From assembly GCA_041567315.1 (NCBI GenBank), contig JBFGCA010000003.1, positions 15,398-79,397 of the forward strand: a DNA stretch of 64,000 nucleotides, read 5' to 3'. A model generated the notes under the pieces. That model did not search any database. It saw only the letters and a list, made by a program, of their open reading frames with translations, and was not told the DNA's origin. The translations under genes and the position numbers were made by a program. Shown in pieces: positions 50,433 through 57,651 of the stretch. Position 1 is the first letter of the stretch, and every line of letters begins with the position of its first letter. The stretch comes from Thermoanaerobaculia bacterium. Lineage in GTDB: Bacteria > Acidobacteriota > Thermoanaerobaculia > Multivoradales > JAHEKO01.

Positions 50433-52915
50433 CGCCGCCGTGCCTCCGGGGCGGCGGCCGGCGGTCCACCGTCGCCGTCCTCGTCCCCGGCAGCCGACTC
50501 GCGGGGTCCGGAGAAGGCGCGGGCCGCCTCCGCCAGGTCGATCAGCCGCCGCTCGACCAGCAGGTTGACGCTGCCCTCCGGGTAGTCACCGCCGTCGTCG
50601 CGCTCGCCGGCGGGTCGGCCGGTGAGCAGCTCGATCCCCTCGTCGACGGTGGCGATGGGGTAGACGTGGAAGCGGCCCTCGGCGGCCGCCTCCACCACCT
50701 CTCGCCGCAGCATCAGGTGGGCGACGTTGGCGGCCGGGATCAGCACGCCCTGGTCGCCGCTCAGGCCGCGGGCCTTGCACAGATCGAAGAAGCCCTCGAT
50801 CTTCTCGTTGGCGGCGCCGATGGCCTGGATCTCGCCCCGTTGGTTGACCGAGCCGGTGACCGCCAGCGACTGCCGGAGCGGCACCCCGGAGATCGCCGAC
50901 AGCAGCGCGAACAGCTCGGCCGCCGAGGCGCTGTCGCCGTCGACCCCGCTGTAGGACTGCTCGAAGACCAGGCTGGCCGACAGCGACAGCGGGTGCCGCG
51001 GGGCGTAGCGCGCCCCCAGGAACCCGCCCAGGATGAGCACCCCCTTGGAGTGGATCGGCCCGGACAGCTCGACCTCGCGCTCGATGTCCACCACCTCGCC
51101 CTTGCCGAGCCGGGCGCGGGCGGTGATGCGGCTGGGCCGGGCGAAGGTGAAGTCGCCCATCTGGTAGACGGCCAGGCCGTTGACCTGCCCGACCTGGGCG
51201 CCCTCGGTGTCGACCAGGATGGTGCGCCGCACCATCTGCTCGAGCAGCTGCTCGCGCAGGCGGTCGGCGCGGTAGATGCGCGCCTCGAGGGCCCGATCGA
51301 CGTCCGCCGCGGTCACCGTCGGCCGCTGGTGGCGGGCCGCCCAGTGGTCGGCCTCGCGCAGCAGGTCGAGGACCCGGCTCATCAGCAGCGACATCTTCTG
51401 CGAGTCGCCGAGGTCGCGGGCGCTCTGCTCGATGACCCGGGCGATGGCGTCGCGGCCGAACGGCCTGAGGCCCTCCTCCTTGACCAGCCGCGCCAGCACC
51501 CGGGCGTAGAGGTCCTGGCTTTCCGGGTTCCAGTCCAGACGGGTGCCGAAGTCGGCGGCCACCTTGAACAGCTCGCGGAAGTCGGGGTCGGCCCCCGACA
51601 GCAGGTAGTAGACGAAAGGGTCGCCGAGCAGCACCAGCTTGGCGTCGAGCGCCACCGGCTCGGGCTCCAGCGAGTAGGTGCTGATCAGGCTCAGCGCCTC
51701 GCCCAGCGATTCGATGCGGATCTGCTTGGAGCGCAGCGCCCGCTTGAGGCCCTCCCAGGCGTAGGAATGGCGCAGCAGCTGGAGGGCGTCGATCAGCAGG
51801 TAGCCGCCGTTGGCCCGGTGCAGCGCCCCCGGCTTGATGAGGTTGAAGTCGGTCAGCGCGGCGCCCATGTGGGGGATGTGCTCCACCCGGCCGATCAGGT
51901 TGTGGTAGGTGGGGTTGTCCTCGTGGACCACCGGCGCCCCGCTGCTGTCGCTGCGGTCGACCAGCACGTTGACCCGGTAGCGGCGCAGCCACGGGCGCTC
52001 GCCGCCCGGCTCGGCCATCAGCGGCGAAGGCGACGGCTCGCCCTCGCTCTTGCCCACCAGCTTGCGGGCGTTCTCCACCATGTCCTTCTCGACGGCGTCC
52101 AGATGGGACCGCACGCTGGCCTCGTCGGCGAAGCGCTCGCGCAGCTCGTCGACCAGCGGCACCACCGTTACCCGGCTGACCTCGGCGCCCAGCCGGCGCA
52201 GCTTGTCGCGGGTCTCGCGCTGCCAGCGCGGCATCTGGCGGAGCAGCGACTGCAGCTTCTCCTTGAAGCGCTCGATCTCGCCCTCCAGCCGCCGCTGCTC
52301 GCGCTCGGGGAGCTTCTGGAACTCCTCGGGGGACAGCACCTCCTCGCCCTTGAGCGGCGCGAAGACGATGCCCATCGGGGTGCGCACCAGCGCCAGACCG
52401 TTGCTCGCCGCCTCCTCGCCGAGTTGCGAGAAGAGGGCGTTCTGCCGCTCGCTCAGCTCCTCCTCGAGAACCTGCCGGCGGGTCTGGAACTCCTCGCTCT
52501 CGAGCGCGGCCTGGAGGGCGGCCGTCACCTCCTCGGTGAGCCGATCCATGGCGCTGCGCAGCTCGCGCCCGCGGCCGGCCGGCAGCCGCAACAGGCGGGG
52601 GCGGTGCGGCTCGTGGAAGTTGTGGACGTAGCAGAGGTCGGGTGGCGGCGGCTCGGAGGTCGCCTTGCCTTCGAGATAGCGCTCGACCGCCGACTGCTTG
52701 CCGGTGCCGCTGGGGCCCAGCGCGAAGATGTTGTAGCCGTCGCGCTCGATGCCGATCCCGAACTCGATCGCGGCCAGCGCCCGCGGCTGCCCGACTATGC
52801 CGTCGTAGGGCTCGAGCCCGTCGGTGGTCTCGAACCCCAGGCTCTGCGGGTCGCAGTTGCGGAAGAGACGTTCGGGGGCCAGCGGTCGCGGCCCGTCGGT
52901 CGAGTCCTGCGCCAT
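50429..52915 (-). CDS. Lon-related ATP-dependent protease (COG1067/LonB-like)
   Basis: ATG 52915 inside track ORF 50429..53050, with GAAGGAGAGG upstream. P-loop ALGPSGTGKQ. C-terminal S16 protease region SYSGVDGDSASAAELFALLSAISGVP...VTGSVNQRGEIQAIGAANEKIEGFF. Confidence 0.85.
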   Translation of the reverse strand: MAQDSTDGPRPLAPERLFRNCDPQSLGFETTDGLEPYDGIVGQPRALAAIEFGIGIERDGYNIFALGPSGTGKQSAVERYLEGKATSEPPPPDLCYVHNFHEPHRPRLLRLPAGRGRELRSAMDRLTEEVTAALQAALESEEFQTRRQVLEEELSERQNALFSQLGEEAASNGLALVRTPMGIVFAPLKGEEVLSPEEFQKLPEREQRRLEGEIERFKEKLQSLLRQMPRWQRETRDKLRRLGAEVSRVTVVPLVDELRERFADEASVRSHLDAVEKDMVENARKLVGKSEGEPSPSPLMAEPGGERPWLRRYRVNVLVDRSDSSGAPVVHEDNPTYHNLIGRVEHIPHMGAALTDFNLIKPGALHRANGGYLLIDALQLLRHSYAWEGLKRALRSKQIRIESLGEALSLISTYSLEPEPVALDAKLVLLGDPFVYYLLSGADPDFRELFKVAADFGTRLDWNPESQDLYARVLARLVKEEGLRPFGRDAIARVIEQSARDLGDSQKMSLLMSRVLDLLREADHWAARHQRPTVTAADVDRALEARIYRADRLREQLLEQMVRRTILVDTEGAQVGQVNGLAVYQMGDFTFARPSRITARARLGKGEVVDIEREVELSGPIHSKGVLILGGFLGARYAPRHPLSLSASLVFEQSYSGVDGDSASAAELFALLSAISGVPLRQSLAVTGSVNQRGEIQAIGAANEKIEGFFDLCKARGLSGDQGVLIPAANVAHLMLRREVVEAAAEGRFHVYPIATVDEGIELLTGRPAGERDDGGDYPEGSVNLLVERRLIDLAEAARAFSGPRESAAGDEDGDGGPPAAAPEARRR

Positions 52916-52993
52916 GTCCTCTCCTTCGGGTGGCCGAGTATACGGAGCGGCCGTCGCCGGGCCGCCGCGGAAGGAGATCGCTGGAACGGCAGG

Positions 52994-53036
52994 CCACCGG
53001 GCCCCGGAGGCAAAGGACTCGGCGGGGGCCCGGTGG
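52994..53036 (-). terminator. GC hairpin between the yellow-family pseudogene and the Lon-like gene
   Basis: CCACCGGGCCCC (52994-53005) pairs perfectly with GGGGCCCGGTGG (53025-53036). 19-nt loop. Confidence 0.3.
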
Positions 53037-53148
53037 TAGGTCCGTGCCAACCGAGTCCGGAGCTACTTTCTAGCAGCGCGGCGGAGCCGGCGGAAACACG
53101 CCGCGGGGCAGTGCGCCGCTACCCGCTGGGGTAGGGGTCGGCCGGCGG

Positions 53149-54193
53149 CTACGCCGGCGGCGGCCGGAAGCGCAGCAGCAGGTGCGGCTCGGCAGGCGAA
53201 GGGCCGAGGTGGATCTGCGAGGTGGTGACGTAGAGCCAGCCGCCGGCCGCCGCCAGCGAGTCGGGCCACGCCAGCCGGCGGTCGACGAGGACCCGGCGCA
53301 CGTCGCCGTCGGCCTCCAGCCGCTGGATGGCATCCTCCTCGATGGCGGTCAGGTAGAGGCGGCCGTCGGGGCCGAAGGCGATGCCGTCGGCGGCCCCGGT
53401 CTCGACCACCTTCTCGATCAGCGCCGCGAGCGCCGGCTCGTCCAGCTGCGGATCGCGGAGCGCCGCCGCCGGCACGCGGTACAGGGTGCGGGAGGTCAGC
53501 GCCCGGTAGTAGAGCCACTGCCGGTCGGGCGACAGCGCCAGGCCGTCGGCGTGTACCCGGCCCGGCCAGCGGCGGCCGCCGACCAGCACCTCGAGGTCCT
53601 CGGCCCGGGTCGAGGAGTGTCCGGCCAGCAGCCGGCGGGCGCGGCCGGTGACGGCGTCGACCACCACCAGGGCGCCGCTTCCCGAGTCGGTGAGATAGAG
53701 ATGTCCGCTCGCCGTGTCCACCCGGACGTCGTTGAGATAGCTGCCGGCCGGCGCCGCCGTGGCGTCGAAGGGGATCACCCGCGTGACCCGGTCGCGCTCG
53801 AGATCGACCTCGATCAGCTTGGGGCCGCCGGGGACCACCCCGCCGAAGTTCGGGTTGCCGGCGTCGAGGATCCACAGCCGGTCGCGGTCGTCGACGAACA
53901 CGCTCTGCACGCAGACGAACCGCCGCTCCGGCACCTCGCCGGCCCGCCAGCCGTTCCACCCGGCGTCGGGGTAGGGGACCGGTCGCCCGTTCCACCAGCT
54001 CGGCGACGCTCGTCGGCGGCTCGACCGACCAGCGCGGGAAGTTGACGAAGATCCGGCCGTCCCGCGACACCGCGACGCCGGTCCAGCGTTCGGCCGAGAC
54101 CGCTACCAGCTCCAGGCCCGGTGCCTGGCCGGGCTCGAACGCCGACGGCGACACCACCGCCAGGGTTCCGAGAAGCGACAGCAGGAGGCGCAC
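53149..54193 (-). pseudogene. Major royal jelly / yellow-family propeller protein with a frameshift near 53991-53997
   Basis: The N-terminus (GTG 54193, MRLLLSLLGTLAVVSPSAF...RDGRIFVNFPRWSVEPPTSVAELV) is in the frame of track ORF 53063..54193. The rest (NGRPVPYPDAGWNGWRAGEVPERRFVCVQSVFVDDRDRLWILD... to 53149) is in the frame of ORF 53149..53934. The junction reads ...GAGCTGGTG-G-AACGGG.... Confidence 0.65.
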
Positions 54194-54205
54194 GCGAGGA
54201 GGCCG

Positions 54206-54854
54206 TCAGTCTCCGCCGGCCAGCGCCGAGATCCGCAGGATCACCTCGCGGCGGGCCGCCGGGGCCTCGGGCCCCCGCACGATCAGCAGCGCGTGCCAGG
54301 TGCCGCCGGCCGCATCCTCGAGCAGCCGCGACTGGAAGGCCATCGCCGAGTCGCGGCCCTCGGACTCGAAGACCCAGCCCTCCTTCTCGAGCTGGCCGCC
54401 GTAATGGGCGAGCAGCTCGGGGGAGGACAGCTCGGTCTTGAGGACCACCGACAGGTCGCGGTGGTTGGTCCCCCCGCAGCCGCTGGTGTTCTCGGTCAGG
54501 GTCCCCTCGGGCGCGAACAGCGCCGGCAGCGGCAGGCCGTCTTCACCGGCCGTCGGCGGCCGCCCTCCGCCGCACGGCGACGGTCGTCGCGCCGCCTCGC
54601 ACCAGGCTGCCGGCGACCCGGGACCCGGGCGGCAGCGGCAGCGCTCCCTCGAGCTCGCCCGGGAGCCGGCCGGCCAGCAGCTCGCCGCCGCCCTCGCCGA
54701 GACCGAGCAGCGCCTCGACCAGCTCCCGCGGCACCGCCTCGGCCGAAACCTCCCCGGCAGCCTCCGGGGCCGGCTCCGCCGCGACGATCGCCAGACAGCC
54801 GCCAAGGCCCAGCGAAACGGCGATCCACAGGGCGCGGATAGCGGGCATTTTCAT
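54206..54854 (-). pseudogene. Lipoprotein gene apparently split by a frameshift
   Basis: Track ORF 54543..54854 starts MKMPAIRALWIAVSLGLGGC (lipobox) and ends in an Arg/Ala-rich stretch. A well-behaved C-terminus (..LFAPEGTLTENTSGCGGTNHRDLSVVLKTELSSPELLAHYGGQLEKEGWVFESEG..) continues in the frame of ORF 54206..54805, with no plausible start of its own. Confidence 0.5.
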
Positions 54855-55065
54855 GGCAAGCGAGTAGGGGCGGAGGGAGAAAAAAGGTTATCTCGGGGCC
54901 ACCAGACGGTCGAGTCGAGCTGGGGGCAGCGGACGAAAAGCAGATTACCCAGACCAGCAAATGGGAGGGCCTGTGCGACGAGTGGCGTCGTGGTTGAAGG
55001 GTCGGTGGCGGGAGCCGACCGGGGCGGAGCACGCCTGGGCACGGGGCGAGCCTTGCAGAATGCGA

Positions 55066-55176
55066 GGGGAAGGCTGCCCCTCCTATCCGCCGAGCGCCGC
55101 ACGGCCGATGGACTTCGAGGCTCCAAGCAAGCGCTCGGCTCCAGGTCCCTGTCGCACCCCGCCCCGGCCGGCTCTT
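55066..55176 (+). repeat. Intergenic ~110-bp repeat, divergent copy C
   Basis: Ungapped alignment of 55071-55180 to 15361-15470 gives 80 of 110 matches (hand count). Best-conserved block is CCCTGTCG..CCCCGCCCCGGCCGGCTC. Same orientation as copies A and B. Confidence 0.6.
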
Positions 55177-55387
55177 CGGCTCTTGTTGTGGCCCTGAGTG
55201 GCAGTGGTGCGATCGGCATCGCGAAACGATGATCCGGCGAACTGTCCCGGTGTTGTAGCCGGTGCTCCTACCGTGCACCTGTTTGGCCGCGCAGTCCTCG
55301 ATTCCTCGTGCGGATGATCCACCAAGCCCGCCTGCTGCCTCTTCTGGACCCTTACCTGATTCTGACTCTGAGCTCCAAGTGGGTCCG

Positions 55388-57457
55388 TTACCGCGAGCGG
55401 ATGATCCTGGCCAGCAGGAGAACGGCAACCGCGAGCAGCAGGACCCCGCGGAAGGGCCGGCCGAGCAGCAGGTCGCCGAGGCCGAAGAGGGTGCCGAAGA
55501 CGACCACCAGCCCGGCGGCGAAGCGCAGGCCGGCGTCGCGCAGCGGGTCGGCGGGCGCCCCGCGGTAGGGGGCCCAGGCGGGACCGGGGGGGCGGACCCG
55601 GCGGGCGAAGCGCTCGAGGGTCGCCGGGTCGTTGGGCGGGCCCAACAGCGCCACCGGCACCCAGGCCGCCAGGCTGCCGGCGGCGAGGATCAGGATCTTG
55701 CTCCAGGCCGCCACCTCGAACACGAACCACGGGTTGGGGCCGCCGAACAGCGTGGGGGTGCAGAACAGCTCGAGACCGATGGCCAGCGCCGTGCTCACCG
55801 CCAGGGCGGCGATCTCGGCCCAGGCGGTGACCCGCGGCCAGAACCAGCGGGCGGCGCCGATGCTGCCCAGCCCGGCGCCGAGGGTAAGCAGGAACCGCCA
55901 GACGGCGGCGATCTCCTGGATGAACAGGGCGGTCAGGCCGGCCAGCAGACCCATCAGCGCGATGCACGCCCGGCTGACGGCGACGTAGTGGCGCGGCGGG
56001 GCGGCCGGCCGGACGAAGCGCCGGTAGAGGTCCTGGACCAGATAGGAGGCGCCCCAGTTGGTGTGGGTGTCGATGGTGCTCATGAAGGCGGCGAGCAGGC
56101 TGGCCACGACCAGGCCGAGCAGACCGGGCGGCAGCGTGTGGCCCATGAGCAGCGGGTAGGCCATCTCGCGGTCGGCGAGCTCGACCCGCATTCCCGGCAG
56201 CCGGAGGCGAAGCGGCGGCGCGGCCTCGGTGGCGGCGCACTCGACCACCAGGTCGAACGTGCCGGAGGCGGCGAAGCCACCGAAGGTCGCGCCGGCTCGG
56301 CCGGCGGCGTCGCGATGGACCGTGGCCTCCTGCTCGGCCAGCGCCGCCCGGCAGGGGGCCGCGGGCAGCCCTTCGAGGACGAGGGCGCCGCCGGTGGCGA
56401 CGTCGAGCGTCGCCGGCCGCACGACGACGGCCGGCTGGCCGGGTCCCTCGGCAACGACCAGCTCGCCGGCGGCGGGGCCGGCGAGCCGTGGGAAGACCAC
56501 CAGCGAGGCCAGCCCGACCACGATCCACGGCCACGGCCGCAGCGCGTTGTGGGCCACCGCGAACCACAGCATCGCGCCCTGGGCGTGGCCCTCGTCGCGG
56601 CAGGCCGCCATCCGCTGCACCAGATAACCGTTGCCCTCGGCGTAGCGCCACCAGCCGATGGTCAGCAGCACTACGAAGTAGATGGCCGGGATGGTGGGGT
56701 GGTCGGCGGGCGGCACGAACTCGAGCACCGCCTCCAGCGAGCGGTCGCCAGCCGTCTCCACCGCCACCGACAGCTCGCCCAGCAGACCGCTCCCCGGCTC
56801 GCCGTCGCCGGCCGGCGCGCCGAGCCCGCCGAGACGCGCCACCAGCAGCACCGCCAGCAGCAGCGCGCCGCCCAAGCCGAGGGTGAACTGCAGCAGGTCG
56901 GTGACCACCACCGAGCGCAGGCCGCCGAGCAGCGTATAGCCCACCGAGGCGCCGACGCAGACGCCGATCACCCAGCCGGGCTCGAAATCGAAGAACGATC
57001 GCGAGATCTTGACCATGGCGGCGACCACCCAGGCCATGGTCAGGCAGTTGATGAACAGCCCGAAGTAGACCGCCTTGACGGCGCGCAGCACCGCCGCCAC
57101 CCGGCCGCCGTAGCGCAGCTCGGTGATCTCGGCGTCGGTCACCACCCGGGCACGCCGCCACATGCGGGCGAAGAAGAAGGTCGCGCTCAGGTGGGCGATG
57201 GCCCAGCACCACCAGATCCAGTTGCCGCTGATGCCGTCGGTGGCGACGATGCCGGTGACGGCCAGCGGGGTGTCGGCGGCGAAGGTGGTGGCCACCATCG
57301 AGGTGCCGGCCAGCCACCAGGGCAGCTTGCGGTCGCCGACGAAGAAGCTGTCGACGTCGCGCCCGGCGCGGCGCGCGAAGTACGCCCCCAGACCCAGGGC
57401 CAGGAGCAGATAGGAACCGACGAGCGCCAGATCGAGGGGCGCGAGGCTGGGACGCAA
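55388..57457 (-). CDS. Sodium:solute symporter (SSS) family transporter with a ~100-aa inserted soluble domain
   Basis: Track ORF (TTG start). FFVGDRKLPWWLAGTSMVATTFAADTPL and GGLRSVVVTDLLQF are SSS-typical. A non-hydrophobic insert runs from about PRLAGPAAGELVVAEG to LPGMRVELADRE. Confidence 0.8.
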   Translation of the reverse strand: MRPSLAPLDLALVGSYLLLALGLGAYFARRAGRDVDSFFVGDRKLPWWLAGTSMVATTFAADTPLAVTGIVATDGISGNWIWWCWAIAHLSATFFFARMWRRARVVTDAEITELRYGGRVAAVLRAVKAVYFGLFINCLTMAWVVAAMVKISRSFFDFEPGWVIGVCVGASVGYTLLGGLRSVVVTDLLQFTLGLGGALLLAVLLVARLGGLGAPAGDGEPGSGLLGELSVAVETAGDRSLEAVLEFVPPADHPTIPAIYFVVLLTIGWWRYAEGNGYLVQRMAACRDEGHAQGAMLWFAVAHNALRPWPWIVVGLASLVVFPRLAGPAAGELVVAEGPGQPAVVVRPATLDVATGGALVLEGLPAAPCRAALAEQEATVHRDAAGRAGATFGGFAASGTFDLVVECAATEAAPPLRLRLPGMRVELADREMAYPLLMGHTLPPGLLGLVVASLLAAFMSTIDTHTNWGASYLVQDLYRRFVRPAAPPRHYVAVSRACIALMGLLAGLTALFIQEIAAVWRFLLTLGAGLGSIGAARWFWPRVTAWAEIAALAVSTALAIGLELFCTPTLFGGPNPWFVFEVAAWSKILILAAGSLAAWVPVALLGPPNDPATLERFARRVRPPGPAWAPYRGAPADPLRDAGLRFAAGLVVVFGTLFGLGDLLLGRPFRGVLLLAVAVLLLARIIRSR

Positions 57458-57481
57458 GACGGCCGCAGGATAGCGCGGGCC

Positions 57482-57651
57482 ACTAGCAGCCCGTGGTGGA
57501 AGTCCGCCCGCCCGTCTGGCGGCGGGGCGGAGCCGTCTGCGGCGTTGCCGCTCCTCGACAATGGCTCGGCATTGCCTGCGTCGCGGCGCCTGGCATCCGG
57601 CCCCGCCACGCTCGCCAGCCGACCCGACCGACTTCCACCACGGGCTGCTAG
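57482..57651. repeat. 170-bp element bounded by perfect 22-bp inverted repeats
   Basis: CTAGCAGCCCGTGGTGGAAGTC (57482-57503) is the exact reverse complement of 57630-57651. The right arm contains the stop codon (57648-57650) of the upstream minus-strand gene. The left arm lies 25 nt upstream of the SSS start. Confidence 0.8.
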
